Of a stretch of DNA of 64,000 bases, positions 14,461-26,600 are shown in pieces. This stretch comes from Octopus vulgaris. Its lineage: Eukaryota. Every line of letters begins with the position of its first letter. Within the stretch, counting starts at the first letter, position 1. Below the pieces are notes generated by a model. It was given only the letters and a program-made list of their open reading frames with translations. It ran no database searches and was not told where the DNA came from. The position numbers and the translations under genes are program-made. The DNA is taken from NCBI GenBank assembly GCA_951406725.2, contig OX597840.1, positions 22,320,001-22,384,000 of the forward strand, written 5' to 3'.

Positions 14461-17400
14461 AACGGATTAGCTATGTATCTTTTCCATAGCAAGACACCTG
14501 TGCTGGTCCTTCTGTCTTACTTTAGCCTATTGCTACTTTGTAGTGGGAGCTTTTTCCTTTTCCTGTGCTTTTGTCTTGCAACTTACTTGGTGATCTCACA
14601 AATGTTAGTGGCATGAAAGAAGCACTCAATACACTCTGTAAAGTGTTTGGCCGTAGGAAGAGCATCCACCTTTAGAAACCATACCAAAGCTGACACTGGA
14701 TCCTGACATGCCTTTGCAGCTCACTGGATCCTGTCAAACAGTCTAAGCCATACCAACATGGAAAGTGGACATTAAATGACAATGATATATATATATATAT
14801 ATACGTAAAATACACTAATCCGACCGTACGACAGGTACCCATGCCAACCCCTTTTGCTTGCGAAGACATGTTGGGGCAAGCGAAATCGAATTGAACCAGC
14901 CAGGATCCCTGGTCTGGTGGTACGTAAAAAGCACTATCCGACTCGTGGCCGATGCCAGCACCGCCTCGACTGGCTTCCATGCCGGTGGCACATAAAATAC
15001 ACCAATCCGACCGTGGCTGTTGCCAGCCTCGCCTGGCACCTGTGCAGGTGGCACGTAAAAAGCACCCACTACACTCACGGAGTGGTTGGCGTTAGGAAGG
15101 GCATCCAGCTGTAGAAACATTGCCAGATAAGACTGGAGCCTGGTGCAGCCTTCTGGCTTCCCAGATCCCCGGTCGAACCGTCCAACCCATGCCAGCATGG
15201 AGAACGGACGTTAAACGATGATGATGATGATGATACATGTGGATGTTTATATGCTTTATTTTGCTTGAAAAATTGCTGAGCTTTGAACCATGATATTTCC
15301 CTGTCAACAAATTCTTCAGTGGCTCTGCACTTTTGAAGTAGAATGAAAGCTTCTTTACTTGGAAAACAGGTGAAGGTTAATTACAAAAAGACCATCTGGG
15401 TTTGAAACAATGCATCCATCTAACTCAGTGTTTCTCGACCATTTTTTGCCTATGGACCCCTTTGATTCCTATTTCACTCATGAAGGGAAGGCTCATAGCT
15501 ATTTGATGTCTAAAAGTTCCTATTTTATTTTTATGTTTAAATATTAGGAATTGTACGAAAAAAAATGAAAAAATATTTTGTGTTCTGTAGAAACTTATCA
15601 CACATAAATTTTAAGAAAACCTTATATGGATCCTGGTTGGAAGCTATTGATCTAACCCATGCTAGCTTGGGGAAATCTGCTTAAATCAAATGAGAAAGAC
15701 TTGGCAGTAGCTCTATCCTTCTCCATAAATGTCCCACCCTCACGAACGGAGAGAATTCTGAACAATGGATTATTTCCCTTGGATTGTCTTTTGTTTGGGA
15801 ACATTTTTTCAGGTTGGAATTTCAGTTAATATTAAATTAACTGTAATTAGTATTAGCGATAAAATGTATTTATTGCAGATATGCAAATGAGAATTTATTT
15901 TATTTAATTGTAATTTAACATTGTTTAATTTAGAAATTTGTATTCATTCATCATCAGTCAGTGTCTGTTTTCCATGCTGGCATGGGTTGGATGGTTTAAC
16001 AGGAGCTGGCAAGCGGGAGAGCTACACCAGGCTCCATATGTCTGTATTGACATGGTTTCTACGGATAGATACTATTCCTAAGGACAACCGCTTTACAGTG
16101 TGTACTGGGTGCTAGCACAGGTCCTTTTTACATGGAACCAGTGCAGGTGCTTTTCGAGTAGCACCAACAGAGGTGGCTTTTTACATGGCACGAGTGGGGT
16201 TACTTAGTAGCTTCCCCTAAGAGAGGGAAGGGAATCGAGAACCAGGAGAGAGGTTAGACTATAATAGAGGGACTGAAGTAGTTGTCTTACTGTATACAGG
16301 AGACCCTGGCTATCTCAGGAGGGGAAGAGGAGAAAGAGACAATCAGAATGAAATCATATTTATTGCACCTGTGTAGCATTACCTGGTATTAACCCACAGA
16401 AGTATATAATTAAGTTTACCCTTCATATGACTTGTAACATACTCGTTTGCTTATGACACTGTTCTCAACAACTGACCTTCAAAATAAATATCAAATGGAA
16501 ATTGTAGCTGTGATCCCTGTGCCGGAGGCACGTAAAAAGCACCATTCGAACGATGCCAGCGCTGCGTTGACTGGCTTCTGTGCCGGTGGCACGTAAAAAG
16601 CACCCACTACACTCACGGAATGGTTGGTGTTAGGAAGGGCATCCAGCCGTAGAAACACTGCCAGATCAGACTGGAGCCTGGTGTAGCCTCCTGGCTTCCC
16701 AGACCCCGGTCGAACCGTCCAACCTGTGCTAGCATGGAAAACGGATGTTAAACGATGATGATGATGATGATATTCTAAGTGGAGTTGAACTCATAAGCTG
16801 AGGGTTAGCTATGCCTACTTAACTCTTATTTCTTGGTGTATACTTTGACTTATTTTGGTTGGTGGTTAACCTTTATAATTCTGGTGGATCTAATCTAGTT
16901 CTCTAATCTGTTTGGAGATCAGCTTGGTCAGAAGTAAATATGTCCTCCATCATGAATAACAACACTAACACAGAAATCCTTATCATTGCATTTGCTTTCC
17001 CTTGAGACCACTCAGGTTCTATGACAAACAGGCTGTTTTAAAATTGTCTAAATGCTTATTTGTTCCAGACCCCAGTTTAATAATGGGATGGTTATTTTAT
17101 TTTCCTTGTCCTTTCTCCTGTCTCCCTCTTTCTCTCTCTCTCTACTTCATTCCCTCTCTTGCTTTCTGCACAAAACATTGACTCTTTCTCTTTCATAATT
17201 AAAAAACAAAATTAATTGAGAAAGTTGATATAATTGTTTACCACGAACTCCTCCATCTCTTAATGTGTAGTTTTGTTCCAAAGTGAGAAATTATTCATTA
17301 TTATTATTGTTAAGGTGGCAAGCTGGCAGAATCATTAGCAGGCAAAATGTTTAGCGGCATTTCGTCTGTCTTCATGTTCTGAGTTCAAATTCCACCAAGG

Positions 17401-20400
17401 TTGACTTTGCTTTTCATCCTTTCAGAGTTGATAAAATAAGTACCAGTTGAGCACTGGGTTCGATGGAATCACCCCCCCCCCCCCCGCTCCCTTGAATTTG
17501 CTGGTCTTGTGCCAACATTTGAAATCATACTTATTATTATCCTTTTGGGGCGATAAATGAAATACCAGTGAAACAGTTGTGGGGGGGGGGGCGATATAAT
17601 TGACTAGGCCCCTCCTCTCAAATCTCAGGCTCTTGTGCCTTTAGCAAAACGAGCTGGCAGAATGGTTAGCACGCTGGGCAGAATGGTTAGCTGCATTTTG
17701 TCCGTCTTGACAGTCTTGAGTTCAAATTCTGCCATTGTTGACTTTGTCTTTCATCCTTTTAGAGTTGATAAACAAATTCCCAGTTAAGCCCTGGGACTGA
17801 TGTAATCAACTCACCTCCCTCCTCACCAACCTGCTGGCTTTATGCCAAAATTTAAAACCATTATTATTATTGTTGTTGTTGTTGTTTTCTGTTTCTATAG
17901 GTATTGGCATCGTTCTTTAAATCCTCGGAAACTCATTGAAGTACGATTCTCTCACCTGGGGCGCAATATGACAATGCAGAGGACTCTAAAGTTTTATAAA
18001 CTACCTGACGTGAGTGTTTTTACCAACCAAACTTCTTGTTTAACCTGTTAAATGCTATATTTGGAAATATTGTATGAGCTGTACCCTTAATTGGGAATAG
18101 ATGAGTCTAGAAAGCTAACCCTAACCCTAATATTGCTGCTTCTCTCTTGACTTGAGTCCATTCTCTTGGGTGACATTTCCTAGACTAATTCGCTTTTGAA
18201 AGAGTAAAAAACAGCAAAATCTGAAGACTTAGATCAGTGGTTCTCAACCAGAGTCCAAATGACCCTTGGGGGTCCATATAAGATCCCAAAGTTTATGAGC
18301 AAAATAGATTTGTTATACTTCTACAAAATGCAAAATATTTTAACACTTTTTCTTATACAATTTTGAAAGATTTTTAATTATTTTTTTATTCTTTTTCTTG
18401 TTTCCGTCATTTGACTGCAGCCATGCTGGAGCACCACCTTGAAGGGTTTTAGTCAAACTAATCAATCTCAGGACTTATTTTGTAAGCCTGGTACTTATTC
18501 TATTGTCTCTTTTGCTGAACTGCTTGGTTATGGGGACTTAAAGACACCAATACTGGTTGTCAAGCGGTGATGAGGACACACATATACACACACGTATACA
18601 CACACGTATACACACACACACATATATATATATACAATGGGTTTCTTTCAGTTTTCATCTACCAAATCCACTCACAAGGCTTTGATTGGCCCAAGGCTAT
18701 AGTAGGAGACACTTGCCCAGTTGCCATGCTGTGGAACTAAATCCAGAACCATGTGGTTGGGAAGCAAGCCCCTTAACACATGGTCACACATGTGCCTATA
18801 AAACTATAATAGAAACTTTTATATAACAGGGGTGTCCAGTAGAGTAAAATAGGAACCAAAGGGGGGTCCATAGGCATAAAATGGTTGAGAACCACTGGCT
18901 GAGATAGAAATTGACAAACCTGTGACTTAACTCTTTAGCATTTAAACCAGCTGTATGGTAAGAAGCTTGCTTCCCAATCATATGGCTCCTGGTTCAGTCC
19001 CACTGCGTAGCACCTTGGGCAAGTGTCTTCTTCTATAGCCTCAGGCCAACCAAAGCTTTGGGAATAGATATGGTAGACAGAAATGGAAAGATGCCTTTTG
19101 TGTGTGTGTGTTTGTCACCCCACCACCACTTGACAACCAGTACTGATGTGTTTACATCCTCATAACTTAGTGGTTCAGCAAACCAGACTGATAGAATAAG
19201 TGTCAGACTTTGGGGTTGATACATTTGACTAAAAATTCTTCAAGGTGGTACCCCAGTATGGCCACTGCCTAATGGCAGAAACAAGCAAAAGACAAAAGAT
19301 ATATCTGGCCCAAAACATTCAACCTGTTTTCTCTTCAAACTGGTCAGTGCTTTCCTAGAATATTGGCCTTCTTGCCTGGACAGTGGGATGGTGTCATTTG
19401 AAAGCTAAAACAATGCAAAGTGCATTGTGACCAGCAATAGTCTGGTGGATACCCAAATATACCCTGATATATAACACGCTACTTTCAGTTTCCATCATGT
19501 ACTTTTCCATGATGTTACACAGTGATATTGAACTCCAAGCTCTGTGACTGCAAAGCAAATTTTTAAACCACATAGCCATGCTTGCACCTATAAATCTGCA
19601 GTGTGTGTCTGTGTATATCTATACCTGTCTTTCATATATGTGTGTGTGTGTGTGTGTACCTGTATACATTACCTGTCTTTATATATATATATGTGTATGT
19701 GTGTGTGCATCTGTGTATGTAGTTATATGACAGTGGGATCAGTCCACAACACTCTCTAAGGAGCACAAGGCCAATTTCATAGTTTCCCTAACCCCAACCC
19801 TAATTCCTCCCTGGACAATATGCCAGTCTGTCTTAGGGTTAGTCATTTTAACCAGCTGAAATCAGACTGGAGTCTGGTGCAGCTCTCCAGCTTGCCAGCT
19901 CTGTTCAAACCATCTAACCCATGGACAATGGATATTAAATAATAATAATGATGATGATGAGTAGATTGGAGCAATGTGAAATATCACCCAGCCCAGGAAT
20001 CAAAATTACAATCTCTCAATCAGGAGTCCAACACTTTAACCACTAAGCCATTCACCTCCACTCTGTGTGTGTATGATTATCTTTAACGAAGTTCATGATT
20101 TTATTGACGCAGTCTTCTTGAATAATATAAGCAAAGCTCTTGGTCAAAGCTAATTTTATAATAAATTAACTTCTACTTTTCATATTGAGACCTTGTCTCC
20201 CTTCAGTAAATGTTCTATTGTGATTCCTTAAAATTCCTTAAAAAATAACAACCGAAGAATTAAAATATGTATTCTGTCTTTTCCAGCAAACTAAAACTCC
20301 AGGTTTCCGAGATTTAAGAATAGAGGATGTGGAAAATGCCTATCAGCTTGTATTGAAGGTTTGTTAATATCTCTGACTCTGTCTATCTGTACTCGTTGAT

Positions 20401-23400
20401 ATGTACACACCATTGACCAAAGTATTTTCTCTCTTACCATTACAGTATCTTTATAATAAAAAAATATATATCCGACTGGTTAACACAGTGGTTCTCCACC
20501 ATTTTCTACCTACAGGCCCTTTTGATTCCTATTTGACTCGAATGGAAGACCCCAGTAGCTATTTTATGTCTAAAAACTTCCATTATATTTTTTATGATTA
20601 AATATTGTTAGGAATTGTATTAAAAATTTGTTAAAAATATTTTGTGTTGTAAAAGTTCAACTGATTTATTGCATGTAAATTTTAACAACAGCATCTTTTG
20701 TGGAGCCCATTTGAGAAGCACTGACCTAGAGGCTCTCTCACATCAAACAGGACAGTGTTTCTCAAGTTGACAAATGTCGGCTGCACCCCTTTTCCCATCT
20801 CCATGGAAACATTTGTCCTCTGCACTTTCTTTATCAATGAGGAAGACTTGAAGCAGACCGGGAGAAAAAAATGTCCTTGGTCAGGTTGTGAATGGTGAGA
20901 GAAGGACTTGGATAAACTTGATTGATTGATGGATTGAATCAGTGGTTTTCAACCATCTTTCTACCTTAGGACCCCTATGGTTCCTATTTTATTCAAGTGG
21001 ATCCTCGTAGCCAGCTATTGTATTTTTTCAATATTGGGATTGTATAAACCCCCAGTTTAACACAAACCTACTCTCCTTCCTTCCCTCGACACACAAACTG
21101 TCGATGCATTCTCTGTCTCATTCTTTCTCTTTCTTTCTGAAAACCTGTGGGTATTTGGCTCAGGATTGTAAGGTCATGAGTTCAATTCCTGACAACAAGT
21201 GGTGTCCTTGAGCATGACACTTTATTTCACACTTCCCCAGTCTGTGCAGCTGGCAAAAATAAGCTGTACCTGTGATTCAAAGGGCATCCTTGTCATTTTT
21301 CCGTGTGAAAACGAATCTCCCTCAGAACTACGTTAGGGGTATAAGTGTCTGTGGGTATTCAGCCACATTAATCTCACAAGCAGGCTGTTTCATTAATCAA
21401 ATCAACTGGAACCCTTGTCATAATTGACAGAGAGCTAGGCCTTTGTTTCTTACTCTTTCTCTGTTTTCTCCACTCTTTCTCACCCTTTCTCTGTTTTCCT
21501 TGTCCTTTCTCCTATCTCTCTCTCTCTTTCTCTCTCTCTACTTCATTCCCTCTCTCCCTTTCTGCACAAAACATTGACCCTTTCTCTTTCATTCACTCCC
21601 ACCACAATAACTCTGCTCACTCTACACACTCACACGTTGCCCAGCCATTCATTCTGTTCCTTATCTCATTGCAGTATCTCCATAAATTCGACCTAGCACC
21701 TATATTCAGTGAAAAGGAGTTCAGACACTGGTTTCTGCCACGTCCTGGAATAGTAGACAGCTATGTCGTTGAGGTGAGTTAAGTCGAAAACTCTTTAGCA
21801 TTTCGACCAGCAGCAGCAGCTGTATCCAACCCAAATATTCTATATGTTTTATGTTCAAACCAGCCAGATCTGACCTCTCACACCTACCCTACAGTGTCGT
21901 TCTAAAAATCAATCACATTATTGAAATCTTGAAGCCACTGGATAATGCATGATTAATTCAAAACAATGTGAATAAATAAACATTACATTTGACAGACTAA
22001 TGTGAATGCTAAAGGGTTAAACTGGCCAGATTTGGCCTCTCACACCTACCCTACAATGTCATTCTAAATATAAACAATGACATCATTGAAATCTCAAAGC
22101 TTTGAGATAATGCATGGTTAATTCAAAATAATGTGAATAGATAAGGATTACATTTGAGAGAGTAATCTGAATGATAAAAGGGTTAAACTGGGTATATCCA
22201 GCCCAAATATTCTGACTTAGGTTCAGATCAGCCATATCTGGCTTCACGCACCTTCCCTACAATGTCATTCTAAAACTAAATAGTCACATCCGTCCAATAG
22301 CAAAGCTATGAGATGATGCAGGATTAATTTCAAAAGGATGTGAATAAATAAGCATTACATTTGGCAGAATAATCTGAATTTGATTTCTTCAGTTTTATGT
22401 GTGTTCTGTACAAGGTGGTATCAGAAAAGTTCCTGGACTAGTCCTGTAGTGTGTCCACAGATGGCAGCACATGGTCGCTTGCACAGTGAGAGCTAGCAGT
22501 GACCACCTTGAGGCAGTGTATCGGGTGACATCGCTATGCTTACTTCACAAGTTGTGAAATTTGTGTTTTTGTGATCGTATGTATGCTGTTGTAGTCTGAT
22601 TCTGTAATGGACAGGAAGTTGGGACAAAGAGCCAACGTGGAATTTTGTGTTAAACTTGGGAAGTCTGCTACAGAGACATTGAGCATGCTTTGGCAAGCTT
22701 ACAACGATGAGGCAATGGGTTGTATGCAATGTTCTGAGTGGCACGAGCACTTCAAAAGCAGAAGAACATCCCTGGAAGACGATGAGCAATCGGAAAGGCC
22801 TGCTATGAGTGTCACTCCCAGAAATGGGGAGAAACTTTATCAGCTTGTGCATGAGGATATTTGGAGGACAATCGACATCATTGGTGTGTTGTATGGGTCT
22901 GTGCAGGCAATCGTCATGACAACAATGCACCCTGTCACCATGCTCTCCTCCTTTGTGAGTTTCTTGCCAAAAACATGGTATTACTTCTGCACCCACCTTA
23001 TTTGCCAGATTTAGCACCTGTGACTTCCATCTCTTCTCCAAGATGAAAATGCAGCTCAAAGATCACCATGTTAACACCGTTGATGAGATGAAGGGCGAAT
23101 TACAGAAGGCCCTCGACCTGTTTATGGAAAACGATTTCCAAGCTGGATTGCAAACGTAGCAAGAACACTGGGATTGGTGTATTGCTGCTGCACAAAGTGA
23201 CTATTTCAAAGGAGGGGATGTTAGAAATTAGGTAAATAAGTTATTTTTTATTGATTAAATATAACTAGTCCAGGAACTCTTTGATACCACCTCATATATA
23301 TATATGTGTGTGTGTGTGTGATATATGTTATATATATGTTATATATATGTTATATATATATATATATTATATTAAATTAGAGATAAAACCACTATTAGGC

Positions 23401-23500
23401 AAATCAAACAGTGAAAAACATAAGCCAATACATAAAATTAATTTAAAAATATAAAAGTTAAAAATAAAAAATTATTTAAATAATTTAAACTTATAAATTT

Positions 23501-23531
<31 letters not shown>

Positions 23532-23612
23532 CAAATATATATATTTATGTATGTACATTTTTATATTTATATATTATTTTATTTATTTATTAATTTATTT
23601 ATTTATTTATTT

Positions 23613-23663
<51 letters not shown>

Positions 23664-26600
23664 TATATCAAAAGTATTAAAAGTTTAATAAAAGATAAAG
23701 AGTAAAACACTACGATCGTTTCATGGCTGTACCAATTCGAATAACAATAATTTAAATTCAATTAATAATTCGAGTTATGGTTACAGTCAATCTTCAGGTT
23801 AATTGAAATATTTTAAAAATAATCAGAAATATTTTAAAAATATTTTAAAGATATAAATAATATAATAATTTTACTTATAATAAACTCTATTATCAAACTA
23901 GAAACTTAAAACTTAACAATTATGATTATATCAAAATCGATTATAATGTTAAATATTAATTTTAATTTATAAGGTAGGAAACCCACCAATAATCTAATAT
24001 CGCTAATAGTCTATATCTAATTACATAAATATTTTTTTTAAAAAAATGACTATTATATATAAATTATCAATGAAAATATATAAATGTATATAAATATTAT
24101 AATTAAGATCTAAAATAATCTCTATAAATAAATATATATGCACATATAATAAAAACCTAATAAATTAATTTTTCATATTTAAAGATGAAATAGCTAATTT
24201 CAAAAATACAAACAAACAAACTTAAACGAACTTTTGGAAATCTTATGTAAAATACTTATAGAAATAATCAATTCGTAGTTATATAGTATCGAATAAATAC
24301 TATAAATACTATAAATATAATTAGCAAATATCAATTTAAAAATACAATAACTAAGTTATGCTATTAAGTTAGACATGGCCTGGACCAATCTTTAGTCGAA
24401 ACATATCAAAGTTTATCAAATTTTAATTATAAGAAATTTAAAACTACAATTAATACTATTAATACATGTATATACAAAAGCCTAACTTTAGACACCTCGT
24501 ATACTTGCTATCAAACAACAAATCTATCGCTAAGTAGTATCTTACTTAAATTTAATATCTAATAATATAGAAAATTACGATAATTAGATCATTACATAAA
24601 CAACGATATTTACATAAGGAAAATATTATTACACCAAAGACTTATAAAATATTAAAATTTACAATTTAAAGATCTTAAATATAAATAAATACTTATCTTA
24701 GCGAGGTTTATATATGAAATGCGGAGTAGATGAAACAGAGGTGACTGAAGAAGGGGAATTTTCCTTGTGTTGTATGTCCTGTACTCTATTTTTTCGTTGT
24801 TTAAGAAAAATGTCCATTTCCTTGGTTTTGTGTTTATGTTTATGTTTCTCATTATGTTCGACGTTTTTTTAGTGTCCTGTACCCATATATGCATGTAGAG
24901 GTAGGTACGTACATATATGTATGTATGTATATATGCATATGTTTTATTTATTAATTTGTTATATACATACATAGGATGAATAATGAAATTGTGCTGAGAT
25001 AAGTTTATAAATGAACAAAGAAAACATTGCAACAATTCCAAAGCGAAATGCAACAATGGCAAAACTGTGACTGAAATTGCTAATGATGGCAAATGAACTG
25101 TTTGTAGCACAGTAAGTGTGCTAAGGCGAAACGAGTAAATCCACAACATATATATATATTTTATTATAATTAAGGGTATCTAAGAGATACCACCATCCTA
25201 GAGATAGCAGTCAAAACTTGTCTGTTTGTCTTTTCACCTTGTGCTGTATGAATATATGAAGTGGTTTTAGAGTCAAGTTTTGACTGCTATCTCTAGCATG
25301 GTGGTATCTCTTAGGTACACTTAATTCTAATTCTACTAATAATACCTATATGGTTTTTATTCCTATGCTGGCCACTTGATATGATTGGTAATTTAAATAA
25401 CGATCTTATCCTTATTAATATGACTCCTCGTCTTCTTCCAGAATGATGGTAAAATTACTGACTTTGTCAGTTTCTACACTCTACCCTCCACCGTGATGCA
25501 TCATCCAGTCCACAAAACCCTCAAAGCAGCTTATTCCTTCTACAATGTCAGCACTCAGACGCCCTGGCTCGACCTTATGCAAGACGCCCTTGTTGTAGCG
25601 AAAAATGTAAGTATTTTGCCAAGTGATGATGGTGTCGAATGTAATGACCCATATCTTATACAAATGAGAAGACGAAAAAGAATAAAAAACAATTGTATGG
25701 AAATATATGTCTGCCCTTTACTCTTTGATATAAGATCCCTCAACATTAAACCAACTAAAAAAAACTAGAAACAATTGTTTTCCCCTTAAATAGTACACAT
25801 ACACATTCTCTCTCTCTCTTTCTCCCTTAAGTAACAGTTTCTAATGATACCACCACATATGTGTATAAAGGGTAAGGGCAAAGACCCCATCCAGTCACGA
25901 ATGACCATGGGATTACACCTAGAAAGTTCCCCTCTGAGGCATAAGTTTGGGTGAGGTTGTTTATAGAAGACCAGCAGTTGCCCAAGCATACCAGCCTCCC
26001 TTCTCCATGCCATCAATGTTATGCAAGGGAAAGGCAAAGGGGCCGATACGGGTTGGCATCATTGACGTCGCAACTCATTTCTACAGTTGAACATGAAATA
26101 AAGTGTCTTGCTCAAGAACACAACAAACAACCTGGTCCAGGAATTGAACTCACTACCTCATGATTGTGAGGCATGCACCTCCACACACACACACATGCAC
26201 ATATATATATATACACACACACAAATATACACATACACACACAGTAAATGAAATATAAAGATTTCAGTCCATCTCTTTATATATATATATAGAGAATAAA
26301 AGGCATCAGAATTTTTTGGGGAAAATCCTTTTATTTCTTCATTATTATTAGTGTTTACGTTCCTTTCTAGAACTTCTCAAATGCAATTTTGTGAATGTAC
26401 AAACAGCTTGATTTATATAAAGCAGATGTTTTTTGGGGGGTTTTGTTTAGAAGAGAATGTTGTATTTGTTTTTTGGGTGAGTTTCCATGACAATGGAGAT
26501 GGGTAGGTAGAAATATAAGTAGGTCGATAGGGTGATAGATAGTCAGACAGATAGACAGGTGAGTAAGAGGGAGAGAAGGAGTATCCACGTCTGTCTATCT

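Noticed and set aside
18115-18130. Interstitial telomere (ctaaccctaaccctaa)
   Set aside because: Fewer than three units; too short to be meaningful.
23400-24700. Possible mitochondrial insertion (NUMT) because of extreme AT content
   Set aside because: No recognisable mitochondrial tRNA, rRNA or protein motif; hammerhead and RKPT motifs point to a Penelope-like relic.
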